The notes beneath the pieces were generated by a model, which worked only from the letters and a program-made list of their open reading frames with translations, was not told where the DNA came from and made no database searches. Positions 45,321 to 59,500 of a DNA stretch of 64,000 nucleotides are shown here, piece after piece. The position numbers and the translations under genes are program-made. Source of the stretch: Bugula neritina (Eukaryota; Animalia; Bryozoa); NCBI GenBank assembly GCA_964035545.1, contig OZ037766.1, forward strand, positions 29,514,640 to 29,578,639. The letters are read 5' to 3'. How positions within the stretch are numbered: the stretch's first letter is position 1; the number at the start of each line of letters is the position of its first letter.

Positions 45321-48300
45321 TCACTTTTCTAACCAGGAAGGAGGTTCCGCATTGGGTTTCCGCAGTTGAATGCTAAACTGAGTTAGAATGGTTTCCAGTT
45401 GCTGCTGATTTCCAGAGAAGAAGGCGGCTGTTGCATTGTGGAAGAGTAGTAGCTGTCTGTGTACAACTTTGTTCTGCAGAAGAAAGAGAAATAGTATTGA
45501 GAGTAAGGGGAGATCACTACAAATCAAACATCACAGTAACATCACATGCTGAAAAAACTGCATATTAATAAAAGACAAGACACGTGTATCGATATACTCG
45601 CAATTCAACAGCAAACCATTACAAGGACGGGCATCTTTCCTACCTCTTCATATGCAAGAATAGCAGAAGGACACATGGAAGAAATGTCATAGCTAACGCA
45701 CACACCTACCGCTAAACTTAAAACCAAATAATATTATGGTCATCGATCATACAAGTAAATGCAGCAAGAGAAATGGCATACCCTGTTTTCTTCCAAGAAC
45801 TGTAGTTTTATCACAACGTCGGCCTTCCACTGTTCGTAACTCTTCTTCTTAGCTTCAAACTTACTCTTAATCTCCATACTTTTGGAAGAATTGGATGTCC
45901 CAGACTGGATAACTTGTTCATGCTCTGTTCTGTATGTATCGTACTGCAGCCTAGCAACAAGTGTAAACAGTAATGTAACCTAGCAACAAGTGTAAACAGT
46001 AATGTAACCTAGCAAAAAGTGTAAACAACAATGTAACCTAGCAACAAGTGTAAGCAACAATGTAACCTAGCAAAAAGTGTAAGCAACAATGTAACCTAGT
46101 AACCAGAATGCAAAGGCAAGGCCCTAGTAACAGTTATGTGAAGCAGTATTGCTTAACAACAGAAAGATACAAATATAACAGTCAAGCAGTTAAAACAATT
46201 CAGATTTGTGGCTTAGCAATAACGGTAAACAATGGCTGAAACCTAGCAATAAAATGCAGACTAGTATAACAATGAAAATCCTATTTTACAATTAACTAGG
46301 CTTCTCCAAAACCATGTTTTTCAAGATGCAGTTTAAAAGAAACAAATTCTTGCAACTGGTAAAAGACTTAATATAATTATGTAGTTTTCAAGCACATTGG
46401 TTGACTAGAAAATTAAAAAATTATTAAAAATATGTTATCCCGCATATTGCTTTGGTTAAAACGTGGACTCAAAAAACGACAGCCTCGAACAATAATAGAG
46501 GGTGAAGACCTCACCTAGCATACTCGTACTTCTTAGCTGTATCCAGGCAGTCCTGCATTGTCTTGTCACATAATGTCTTCAAGCTGGACGCAAAGAAACT
46601 TATAGCACCTGCAGGTAACAGTCAAAAATATAGCAAGTAGTGCAGCATAACCACACCAGACTATAAATCCAACAAGAACAGTAATGGCACGAAAACTACA
46701 TATATTTAAAACTGTAAAATTGACCAAGTCTTTCGTCCTGTGAAAAATACATGATACAAAATTCAGCCTTTTGCATCCATTGTTCTGTGAATGTAATAAA
46801 AACTGTGTGAAAAATATTTCATAGTTTTGTCCAAACGCAATAATTTCTTATCAATATAAAGAATTTAAAACACAAGAACCTTGTAATATCTTGTGCACAT
46901 TGTGAAATTATACACCAACACCTGTCAACTAAGCAGCAAGGCAAGCAGCTGCAAACAGAAGTAATGCGTATACTGGGCTGAGTCAGAGCATGCTCCTTAC
47001 CTAACAGTTGCTCAGCATTTTTTACCAGAACCTTCTGAGTCTCTGCATTCATAGTGTAATCACTAGAGAGTTTCGGGTCCCTCAGGGCTAATTCTCCGAA
47101 TATATGAGTCATTCTTTTCTGTTCAGATATTAGAAGAGAATATATAGAGTTATACAGGTTACAATAAAATACTGCCACCACCAATACTGTTAATATTATT
47201 ACTTCTATTAGTACTGCAACTAGCACTGCTACTACTAGTACTACCACTAATACTACTACTGCTACTATTACTACTACTACTACTACTACTACTGCCACTA
47301 CTGCTACTGATACTAGTTCTACAATGGCATACCTGAGTATCTACAAGGCTTTGGAAATAACTTTGCATATTGCCAACTTCATCCAGGAGTTTTCGATATG
47401 TAGTTTGTAAGACTCTGAGCTCAGATAATGCCACTATAAAATGTAGAGAATAGTGACAGCTGCTAAGAGTAGAGTCCTGTTACATACTAACTAGTAACAC
47501 CTGAAATTTTAGTATAACCAACACATAAAATATAGGACACCATACTACAGCATAGGACAGTTGGAACATCAGCTGAAAATGAAACAATGCTAAATATCAA
47601 CACAAAAATGTAAATAGTAAGTACAAGTAAAATATATTCTAACTAACAATTAAATACTATAAACAACAAGTAAATACTATAACTAACAAGTATATACTAT
47701 AACTAACAAGTAAATACCATAACTACTAAGTAATTACTATAAAGTGTTAAAGTAAATAATCTGTTTAAATTAGTCAACCTAGTAGCGTGTAGTGAAGTGA
47801 GGTCAGCCTAAAAATAACCGTACATTTTCTAAAATTTATCAAAATTTGGAGTTATTTTCACAATAGATTGTTTGAGCACAGTGGGAAGACAACTTAAACA
47901 TATAAAACACATTATGCAGGTCTTGGAGTGCAAAGTTGGTCACAGAGGAAAGAAAAAGCGTAAATTAAATCAAGATATGGAGAATTTGACGTGGAAGTAA
48001 TTTATCAACAGTTCAGCATAAAGAGCAATACTGTGAGAAGAGAATGCCTGGCCCGATGTGTCTTAACCAATAACAATCTCAAAAATATATAGCCGTGAAT
48101 TTTTTTTTAAAACAAGTAAACACTCCAAAACTTACATGTAATACCCACTTGAAAAATAAAATAAAACACAGTGTAATTTGTAAACCAGAATTCAGAAACA
48201 AATTGAAGAGGAGATAACTGAAAAATAGCATAACATACTATAGCTAGTGAAACTAATTAATGTTTTACTACCAAGTTCAGAAATCAAAAGATGAAAATAA

Positions 48301-51300
48301 TTGGATTAGACATCAACAATCTACATTTCAAAGGTTGAATTGTGTATATCATTATTTGGCGACAAACATACATTAGATAAATATCCTCACATGTACAGGA
48401 AGATTCCAGAAGGATAAGCCATATACTTACCATCAACTTTTGGGTCGAATGTTTTTGTTCCCTTGCCCACCATTTCATTAAAAAGTTGCTTAGTTGTACG
48501 GAAAGTATCTAGAGAGAACTCCTTCACCTGAGCTTTCACCTGGTCAAACTTTGACCCACTAGATACAGGCGAAGTCTAAAACAGTCAACATAATACAATG
48601 TACATTATCATACACTGAATTATATATAATATGAAAAGCACTATGATATGATATAAGGCTTATATACAATAATGTCATATATAATATATGGTTTATGTAA
48701 CACGATATAAACAAAATAAAACATATACAATATGACACATGCATATACAAATTTACATATCTTTGTATATTGTATTACTGGTTTATAAAATAGAGCAAAC
48801 TAAAACTGCTATAATAAACAGTTTCATTGAGTAATTAAATAGTAGAAATACAAGTGTGAGAAGGTGGCTAAAGTTGCCTTTATATCTTCACGATTTTCCG
48901 TCAGAATTTCAATTTGGCCGGGTTGAAATTTCGCCGAGTTGCATTGCATTGTAAAAGCCACTCGTAAAAATTTTTGTACTGTGATAACTTAATCGGCCAA
49001 TTTTTGGATAGGAGTAATAATTCCTTGTAAACATCGTTATTTAGTTATTACTTTGGCGATTAGACAACGTACTTATACAGTTATAATTATATAGCCTACG
49101 CCTTCTCAATTATCGCTTTTATGCTGTCCGCTTCACTAATTCACGACGTTTACAAAGGGCATCACATAGCTATTATGCGCATTGAACTATAGTTTCAGTT
49201 CAGTGATTATGCGAGTCAAATTTCAATTTCAGAAAGTGAGCAACCGCATCAATATGATTTCAACGAGTTTCAGTTTGACTATAAAGGGGTACCCGGACAA
49301 GCATTATTAACTTAAACTCGGTACTTTTTTCAGCAGAGGTATAAACGCAACTTTATACATAATATCTCTACTGCATAATATATCATAGAATAATATTAAT
49401 ACACAGAAGATATGCGTACATGCCATTGAAAGGTGTAGTCCACTACAGCCAATGAAGTTTATTTTTAAAATACACTAAAACAGTCACTGCTTATTATTAT
49501 AGCACATGATTTGAGTTGATTTCACCAGCATAGTCTAAATTTAGTGCTCGGTGACAACAGAAGTAACGCAGAAGTGCCACCTCATCAGTACCAATGGCAC
49601 AGCCTATTATATCCTTTTTGTTTGTCTACCAGTATTCTAATGTTAATCCCACCACTAGACACTCAATGCTTAATCAACTTCAGTTTGAAATTGCAAATTG
49701 TATGCAGTTTGGTATTAGAATGAAGAAATATATGTATCAATTTTTATTAGATATAGAGCTTAATAGAGTGGTGGCGAAAATTCGACTTGCCTGCCTACTA
49801 TCTAAGTGATATCATACAAATGTAACATGAACTAATACAATAGGCAACTAAAACATGACATCGATGTATTGGCCAATAGATACAGCAGATCATGACTAGG
49901 GGAGAGAAAGTGATAAGAGGTGATATCTCTATCACAACTATTATATGGGATAAACACAAACAGCTGGTCACATAGAAACACTCATGTGGCATAGTATCTT
50001 AACATCTGCTAACAGAGTAGAGAAAAGAAATATATTACCTCTGCCTCAAAATTATATCAGTCAGAAAACTCTCAATTATGCCAATATAAAAGCAAGAAAA
50101 AAGAAATTTAGCAATTATTGAGTGAACAATTACTTCCTAATGTGTCACCATGGAAACCATATATACAGTATGATAAACAAAAGTGTTGTAGTTAATAGTT
50201 CAGTCAGTATTAGTTAGTAGTTTGGATTAACTTCATTCTTTTCCCAAAGTATGTGACTTTTTAATCTATTTTGCAAAAAGAAAAGCTTAGTTAAATGTTT
50301 CATGTTTAACCTCGAACCTAAACAGTCACAGAACCTAATGGAATAAGTATATAGCTACTAGCAAACATCTCAGTGTGAGTAAATGTCTAGCAGTATCTCA
50401 CAATAATGCAACTACTAAAAAGTGTCAGCGTCTTTAGTCTTTAGTAAACCAATGAATGAGTTCCTTCATAAACTTAATTACTACCAGCAGAACGTGTCTT
50501 GAGTTAGGGTAGTATATATTCAGGGGAGATAACCCAGCAGATCAAAGTTCAGTTGAGTACAATGATTGTCGTAACTTAAGAGTTTAAAACAGTATGGGGG
50601 TAAGAAGTACAACATACCACAGTAGGGGGGTAAGAAGCACAACATACCACAGTAGGGGGTAAGAAGTACAACATACCACAGTGGGGGGTTTTGAAGTAGA
50701 GGGCGCAGTGGCTGACATATCCACTCCTTCGTAAGATTTGCCTCCACTTGGCACATCTACAAGTATATTCGTACAATATAGTATTCATAATATAGCATGC
50801 ACAATACAGTATACATAATACAGTATACACAACAGTATACACAATACAGTATACATAATACAGTATACACAACAGTATACATAATACAGTATACATAATA
50901 CAGTATACACAACAGTATACATAATACAGTATACACAACAGTATACATAATACAGTATACATAATACAGTATACACAACAGTATACATAATACAGTATAC
51001 ACAACAGTATACATAATACAGTATACATAATACAGTATACACAATACAGTATACATAATACAGTATACACAACAGTATACATAATACAGTATACACAACA
51101 GTATACATAATACAGTATACACAACAGTATACATAATACAGTATACATAATATAGAATACACAATACAGTATACATAATACAGTGTACATAATATAGAAT
51201 ACACAATACAGTATACATAATACAGTGTACATAATACAGTATATACAATACAGTATACATAATATAGTATACACAATACAGTATACACAATACAGTGTAC

Positions 51301-52038
51301 ATAATACAGTATACACAATACAGTATACACAATACAGTGTACATAATACAGTATTCACAATACAGTATACACAATACAGTGTACATAATACAGTATACAC
51401 AATATAGTATACATAATACAATATACACAATACAGCATGTGACACATTCCAGCATATATAATACAGTAAACATACATATAATACAAATATAATAATTATA
51501 TACTAGAGAGTACGGATATACACATAATAGTCCACAAATATACATATTGCAATCTAAAAATTACATAATCTAGTCTACAGAAACAGTCATTATAATCCAA
51601 GAATATTGATATGGTCTAGAAAAGTAATGACAACAGTTTACCAGGCATTGGTGCAGTTATTTACAGAAGTTGAAGTTATTTCATTTCAGAACTACTGTTT
51701 AGACAGATAGCCCACACAGATAAAACTAGTGTGTTCCAAAGCACTGAGTACTACAGTAGGACTAAGTAGTGAAATAAGACCGAGTACTATATTACGACAA
51801 AGTGTACTATACCGGGAGACTTGAAAGGACTCTCTCCATCGTCTAAACTTAGAGACGAGAATGGGGGCTGAGAGGTATCATTTAAATCCACAGAGGAAGT
51901 TGGGTATGGAGAAGTGGATACTTCAGGGTTGCCAGTGTCTGTTTCTCCATCGCCAGGACTATTATCTAACATCTGTCGTAAGTGTTTACGAAATGCTTCA
52001 TCTTCTGACTGCTCTCCGTTCTGTTGATTGGTGGCCAT
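45321..52038 (-). CDS. ARFIP2: Arfaptin (AH/BAR domain; ARFIP1/2 family), ~361 aa, 8 coding exons
   Basis: Exons 52038-51813, 50756-50677, 48575-48431, 47433-47333, 47118-47001, 46608-46515, 45950-45782, 45473-45321; frame closes. Motifs [46 protein letters not shown]...[41 protein letters not shown] match arfaptins. Confidence 0.93.
45950..46102. repeat. 29-bp minisatellite (5+ copies) overlapping an arfaptin splice acceptor
   Basis: Unit cctagcaacaagtgtaaacagtaatgtaa starts at 45950, 45979, 46008, 46037, 46066, partial at 46095. Confidence 0.95.
47170..47315. repeat. Degenerate (TAC)n trinucleotide repeat in an arfaptin intron
   Basis: Seen directly; gives the poly-V and poly-S ORF artefacts. 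Confidence 0.9.
47640..47742. repeat. ~20-bp tandem repeat (aactaacaagtaaatactat)
   Basis: About 5 degenerate copies. Confidence 0.75.
50589..50688. repeat. 29-30-bp minisatellite (~3.4 copies) overlapping an arfaptin splice donor
   Basis: Unit acagtagggggtaagaagtacaacatacc; on the minus strand each unit carries TGTG|GTATGT. Confidence 0.9.
50800..51435. repeat. Minisatellite of 12-14-bp units (tacagtatacataa / cagtatacacaa)
   Basis: About 630 bp of tandem units; source of the YTVLCIL ORFs. Confidence 0.97.
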
Positions 52039-52254
52039 GACTGAAACAGAGCTCACTTTCACTCACTTGACTTTAAAGCATACATCACTGGTTTCAACTT
52101 CCGAGTTATGCAGGTAAAATAATAAGTTTATGTATTTTTTAAAACTAGTATTCTATTTTCAATAACTGCAAAATCTTTAAACACCATCATGACGATTTTA
52201 CTTTCATTAGGCTTAGCACCAACAATATTATCAATATTACTACTAACAGAATTA

Positions 52255-53350
52255 ACCTTGAAGTCGGACAAGTAGAATTGTTGAGCTTACACTTAGTTTG
52301 ACAAAACGCTAAAAGTTAAACTTAAACTTGATAGTTAATTCAGTAAAAGTAAGAGTAAGACTAAGTCTAGGCAGGAAATCAAACTGAAACTGAACATAAA
52401 GTTCGAAATGAATTTATACTAAACTGCTAGGTGAAAAATAAATATAAAAACTAAAACTTTGGAAATATTGCTTGTGGTGTCAAAACTTGCAATTAATGCC
52501 TGATAATACAAATTATAAGCTATAAAATTAAATGACAAACTTCTTTAATTCATTAAAACTGATCCGGAAACTAACGTTGTTATATGCCTGTTACTCCGTT
52601 ATTTCACATCTACCAACCATAGACATTTTATATTTTTCAAATCTAAAATTTTTAGATGCAAAAAAAAATTAATAGCGTTTGATTGTAAAATGTTTGTTTG
52701 AAAAATCTTTTTTTTTAATTTTCGTTCTTGTACAATGTACAACAGTTCTGAAACGGCGAAAACTTTATCTTTACTCAAATTATAGAATCATCTTCTTTAA
52801 GTTAGCAAAATTTATCGCACACGTGTCTTTTAGCAATAAAACTGCCTGCAAGCGTCAACTGAGTGGGGCTAGTCATTTCCTTCCCTGCCTAGCAACATAT
52901 GACGCCTACTTTTCACTTCAACCCTGTAAAGTATAATTCTGTTTGGGTAGAAAATAACTATTTGTACCTAGAAATAGTGGTTTAAAACGTATTAAAAATT
53001 TAAAATCAAAATATTTTCTTGTTTTAAATTCTTTTCTTAAAAGTTTGCTGCAGTTTTAGAATGAAATCGAGCCAGTATCGCCGTTCTCATCGACTTTGAT
53101 ACTTAGTCTCACAGTTTCAGTCACACAACCCTAATTTGATTACAATTTTGCAGACAATTTATACGTTGAATAACGATTAACTGCGTTTATTATGTCATTT
53201 AAACAACACTGGTTTACCTACTTTGCTAAATTATCTGAGCATTCAAACTAAGCACACTCACGAAAGTGTTGCTAAGGTGATGGTATTTTGGAAGAACACA
53301 AATCCGAAAATACGCGTGTTGGGCCACATCTAAGTGCTAAAAACGTCATG
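52255..53350. promoter_or_regulatory. Putative bidirectional promoter between arfaptin (-) and the RBR gene (+)
   Basis: Head-to-head genes about 1 kb apart. TCAGT initiator-like motifs facing outward at ~52383-52393 (-) and ~53117 (+). Donor-like sites at ~52255 (-) and 53350 (+) fit 5'UTR exons. Confidence 0.45.
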
Positions 53351-53576
53351 TAAGTGCAATTTACTTTTGTTTGTTGGTTTAATTCTACACATTGCAAATA
53401 AATTTTAAACTGCGCAATTTGTAATGTCTGCTTTGGTGAGCAGGCTAGTTGGTTGATGTAAAATAGCCACATATGTTTTGTTTTCATTACCTACTATTGT
53501 TACACAATTGTGTATTGGACAGGTGAAACCATTGAAGCCTTGCAAACAATTTTCAATAAACTATTTATAGGTGCTG

Positions 53577-56500
53577 ATGGTGTTAAAAAGAGAAAAGCGT
53601 GGTGTCAGTAGTGGCAACACTATACGGCGACTTGCAGGTGCTTTTTCTAGTAAGGAGTATCAGAGATACGGCTGTCTAATTGTGACACAGGAAGTAGTTG
53701 AAGATGAGTCATCTATAGCTAACACAATTTTAGAGCGACTAGATGAGGCACTTCCTACTAGTGGACATTTAACATGTCAATTCTCTCTAAACAAATGCAG
53801 ACGTTGGTTGCTACCCGACATTATATCTAGCTGGATATCTTGTGGGGTTGAATTCACAGACCTTCATGTAGGTATTAGCGCCTACTGCAAAGTTATAGAT
53901 TTTTGTTCAAAAGTATCAGTGGCATGCGAAGGTATTTAGTAAAAATAATTTTAGATATATATATTATTATACTTCTATTAATTTAAAATTTAAATTAGCA
54001 TAAATTAAAAAAATATTTTTCAATATGGTTAGTTTTTATAACACAGACAACTCAGGCTGCCTATCTGTTTTAATATAGTTTATGCATATATTTAGTTTTA
54101 ATAAATAGTTTTTGCAAACAAAGCATCAATTTTAATTTTCAATCCACTGGAATATTTCTAGTTTTATTAGAATACAATACACTCTCTATTATATTTTACT
54201 CAGTAAAAATTTAAAAAAAACTTTCTTATCAAGAAATAAAACCAGAAAAACCAGTCATCAAGAAACAGTTTTATTACTATGTAATTCTACAAGGTAACAT
54301 CAATTTTATAGTGACATCATTTATCTATGTAAATAATTATACTAGTATACAATCCCCTTGTTTAATATCATAATAATACAAAGCCTAATAGTACCAAACA
54401 CCTCTAAATCTGTTGTTTACTTTGCTTAATGAAATAAACATGCTCAGGAACACATGCCAATAAAAACAGTCACATAAAAGGATACACACAAACCAATTAT
54501 ATATTGCAATGAAAAGGAACATAGTCAGTCTACTCATGATTAAAATTATTTCTGTTCTCTTGCAGATAACACTTATTGACCACATCCTGACACCATATGC
54601 TACCACTCTGAGTCAAATTGACACTGATACCGAGTTAGTACATGAGGATATCACTAGCCAATTTGCGAGTAATGGGGTGTGTACTCAGTACCAGAGTACA
54701 ACTAATGGTGGACAGCCTATCAGCTCTCATAAGCCTATGAACCTAAAATCTGTGAGGAGAGGGAAGCAGAATGAAGATCACATCAGCAAGGCTGAAAAGA
54801 GGCGCAGAAACCATGAGGCTAGATATAAACCGAATATAAGTCTTAAGGAAGGTGAGTGAATACCTGCCTAGGCTCTAACTATAAGTCTTGTTTTACTAAA
54901 AATATTGCAGCTTTGATTTTGTTGAAAAACCTTAAAAATTTATAAATGTTTGAAAGTTTCTGCTGTTTGACAAGTATGATCTGTTATTGATTGACACGAG
55001 CAAATGCTAGTAATCAGTAAGAGGGATCAATTAAATAAAAGTTTTATTATAATATGCTTTGTATAATATGTGCTGTGCTATACTTTTTAATAAACTGAAC
55101 ATATGTAATAGCATGCTTGTACTTTCTGTAACAGAATTTAGCTTTCACCAATGTCACTAACAGAACTCAAATTAATTGCTGACTTTAAAATTCCTCTCTT
55201 TTAGAGCCTAAACTTTGTTCTGCCTCCTACGAAAGCACAGAGCTGCAGACGTATGAATGCCACGTCTGGTATCCTGATCAGAGCAACAGAAGACACTTCA
55301 GGAAACTCGTTAAAGCAACTCCAAGTAAGGCAGTCTGTATTGTGAGGTGACATGGGGATAGCGAACATGCATTGATTTACATAAATAAATTTCCAGTGTT
55401 ATAATAAGTAATTATGCAACTGTAAGCAGTTAAACTAAAAGATATCACCAACACTATATCTTTTGAGGAACTCCATTGTGTTGAATGAGGTAAATGTTTT
55501 CTTGATGATGGTTTTGTTATCTAAACCAATTTGCACAAAGCAGTATTGAAACTATATAGTTTATATAGCTTATTAATAATACTTATTAAGGGTTCATAGC
55601 CGTTGTCCTTGAGAGAACCCCTGATGGAAAGGTTTTTTAACGGGGCTGAGAAATTTTTTTCCTATAAAAGAGAAATTATACTGAATGATTTCGTAACATC
55701 TCTAATGGGCTTTACTGGGCTTTGGCCTCCTGTTTACTAAGCCAATTATTTAACTTTAACTTATAGTTTGATTGTTTTGAAGGTAAAAGACAAAAGGTAA
55801 GCAGGTGTCATCACAAGCATTCCTATTCCTGTTTGGCAACCAACTTCCAGAGCTACGGTGTTGACACGGCAGCCATGTTTGATGAAGATTTCAAGACAGA
55901 GGCCAAGAAAACAAGAACTCTTCCTTCAATTAGGCAGTTTTCACGATGTTCACCACCTGTCTCAACGAAGCCATTCATTGCTAGTCATACTGAGATTTTT
56001 CTAGAAGCTGACGTTTTTGAAGGAAGTTCTTTGGCAGCAGATAAGCTGAGTCAGTCCTTCTGTACACCCAAAGTGTTTGCTATCGATCTGGGGGAAGATT
56101 TGGGTTTACACATGGACGAGTTTTACCTGGTTCTGGTTTTACGAGCTGAGGATACAAACATGAATAAGTACAGGTTGGACAAGATGGTTTGATACATATT
56201 TATACAAATCACCTGAACTTAATTATTACACTATGAGAATGCTATATATAGCTATTACTTTGCTGTCTGCATGCAACTAGCCTTGGTAAACTCATACTGT
56301 TATAGCTTTTGTTGCTTGGCAGTTTTAATAATTTTGAATTCAGTTTCAATTCAATGAGAGAAAAGTAATTATTTTATTTAAAGATTGAAAAATTTGTGAG
56401 TATAAAAATTATGAAAATTTTTATATGTATTAGAAAAATAATGTGTATACATTTTGTTTAAAAATAGCAATTCAAATAAATAACACAATTATTCAATGTG

Positions 56501-59500
56501 GTATGTATTTATATTGTATTTTATGAATATTTTTACATGTGTTCCGAAAAATTAATTATATATCGATACACATATTTATATATAAACATAAACGTTTTAT
56601 TTTTGCTTTATAGAGTTTTCTGCACTGGATCCCATATGTCTGATGAAGATTCTACTCACATTCCAACATTGGTTTGCAATGCTAAGTATGATTTAAAGAC
56701 TTTGAAAGACAGTGCAATAAGACATGGACATGATATGATGTTAGAAAAGTGAGTGACTAATTAATAACGTTCTTGCAATTTGTATATATTAGTATATTGA
56801 ATCTAGCATCAAACTTAAATTTAAGCAATGTAATATTATATGTGCTAAAAAGCCACTGTGCTCTATAAGCGCATATTAGATGTTAGGTTCTAGCAATGCC
56901 CTCGGTGATTTACTTTTAATTAATATACTGTTATGAATATTATATTCTGCTTAATGTACAATATAATAATATTATATATAGCAATACAGTGTATAAGACA
57001 ATAAATAATATTTCAATTTGTCTATAACTCATATTCAATAACTGGCAACGTTCCACTTCAATAAGTGAAATAAGATTTTACTAAGACTTTCTCAAATTCA
57101 ACTTTTGTTTAATTTAAATTTAATTTATTCAATAACTGATCTTGTTTTAAGTATAAGAAAATTAATGCTGACAGTTTTTTACAGTTATCAATTTTGCTTT
57201 GGGTAATAATTCCCACAGCCTCAATGTCAAACTCTCTTTGTGATAACAATTAGGGCACATTATGTTTTCCAAAGCTTTTAAAAAAATAGCAGTGAATTTT
57301 TCTTATATGGTTTCAGTTTACTAAATAAATATGTAATCTTATGAGCAAGGAATTTGTATAGCTGTAAGATAGCATTCAACTAAAAATGTAATAATTAATT
57401 GCATTATATTTGTGCTATAGTGAAAAATATCTTCTCTTTTTAGTCAATACAGACCTGTTACTTTAGCGGACATGATAACTGATAAGGAGTTTCTAGAATA
57501 CATAAACTCAGAATTCAGCGTTGTGGATGCTAATAACAATTCAGTAAGGCACTGTTCTTTATATAGCTACAGAAAAAACAACAGAAGTTATCTTTTCATT
57601 AGTTATTGTTGTAAAGTAACAAGTCTATTTGTAATCCATTTGTTTAATCATATGCATCCATTAAAGTTATAAATGATTAATTTTGGTAACTGGGATTTTG
57701 TTTACATTGTTTTAGGCATATGCAATCTTTTATACACAACATCATCATAATAATTATCATTACATTTCCGTAATTTCAGGAGTTAGGTTCAAGGTCACAT
57801 CTAGTCACTCCCACTCACTTCCAGCGAGCTCTAAGCTGCAATTTGCAATGTGGAATGTGTTTTGAAGAGCTCAATGACTTAGTCCTCCACTCCGCCATTT
57901 TACCCTGTCAGCACTACTTTTGTAATGATTGTTGGTCAGCATATCTGACAACTAACGTACAAAAGGGCAAAGTTCACATAAACTGTCCTGAGTACGGGTG
58001 TACTAGGGAAGTTGATTCTCTGTTCATTTTGTCTCTAACTGACTTCTCCACGTACACTCTTTACCAACACTACCTCTCAGGGTATTCAACCTCTAGTCAA
58101 AAGTTTCCTGAACATCATCAATGCCCAAACAATGTGTAGGTTTTATTAGAAATATGAGTTTTTATATAAAGTAAATATAATCTGAATTTCATTTTTTATT
58201 ATTTTCCACAATAATTAAGTCAAACGTTTTATGTAATAGAACGCAAATAGAAAATACGCTGATAAGTAAAAACCAATGCGTAAAAGCTGTAACTTTCTTA
58301 CGATTAATGTAAATTAACTTTAAAGAGCAGTGGTGTAGCTTGTAACAAGTGCTGTATTATCATTGTACCAATAAAGTACTACCAACTTGTTTGAAGCATT
58401 CTATTATTTATTTAGACATGATTCAATATTTTTATTTGTTGCAGCTGCCGCCTCTCGCACTACATAAAGGATGACGTAGTTGCTGTCAAGTATTATTCTG
58501 GTACTGAATGCTGTTTCTGCTGCCGAAATGAACCTCATTGGCCGCTGACGTGCACACAGCTACTCAGTTATTATAAAAAACTTCATCAGAATGGTAATGT
58601 TTACTCAGAGATATAATAATATATTCAGTATAATTATTGTTGTCATGATGCATGCATTTGTATTCTCACTTATATACTATATAATATTATTATGCATACA
58701 AGAGTGAGATTATGGTGAGTTAATGTCTGTTTTAACTTCAACTATCTCAAACAATTGTGTACTCAGTTACTAATTTTTTGCTGGTATTTGAGCTACATAC
58801 TAATAAATAGATAGTGTAACGGCCAGCATGGCCTTTTCGTAACTCATCCTGTTAGTACAAATAAATAAAAACCCAAGTATTAAAAATGCATTCACAAACT
58901 AGTTATACTTAGCTTGTCAAACCTATTGTCATTGACCTTGGGCTATATTTGTTTTCCATAGAATTAGCAGCTGTTTTGAGCTGTTATGTTAGCCAACATG
59001 TCTTGTAAACTAGCTAGCTATATAAAGCTTTGTAGGCTACACATGTGTTTGTTCTAGACTTGGTTTAGCTATGGTAGGTCAAGTGCTATAGAGCTATGAC
59101 CAGTGCAGCCGGTTCATAGAACTAGTAGAGCCACTCAGTTTTCAACGTTGCCTTATGGCTCCAATAAAGTACTATCAACACCATAACACACAAACGGCAA
59201 CTGCAGATAGTTTTATATTTTATGTAAACTTATTTTAATCTTTTTAAAAATTGAATATAATACTGTAGCCCATAGGTGAGGAATTAGTTTCATGGCTCTT
59301 TTTGTTAAAAATAATTATCAAGCCAATTAAGAAAATATATTGCTTTTCGGTTTTTGTATATTTCTCAGAATACCCATGCAGCTGTCTTATTATTCTTTAT
59401 ATAAAGTTCATATGTCAGTCAGTGATTGTGATAAAAGACAAAATAGAGCAATATCTGTTTTTTGCTTTTACGATAATATATATATTTTATTTTTAATATA

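Noticed and set aside
45950-46102. 29-bp repeats resembling a CRISPR array
   Set aside because: Units are directly adjacent with no unique spacers, there are no cas genes, and the context is a eukaryotic intron.
46819-47434. Poly-Val 'TM' and poly-Ser ORFs
   Set aside because: Intronic (TAC)n repeat read through from true arfaptin exons.
50576-51545. Cys/Tyr-rich ORFs of 180-290 aa
   Set aside because: Translation of a 12-14-bp minisatellite in an arfaptin intron.
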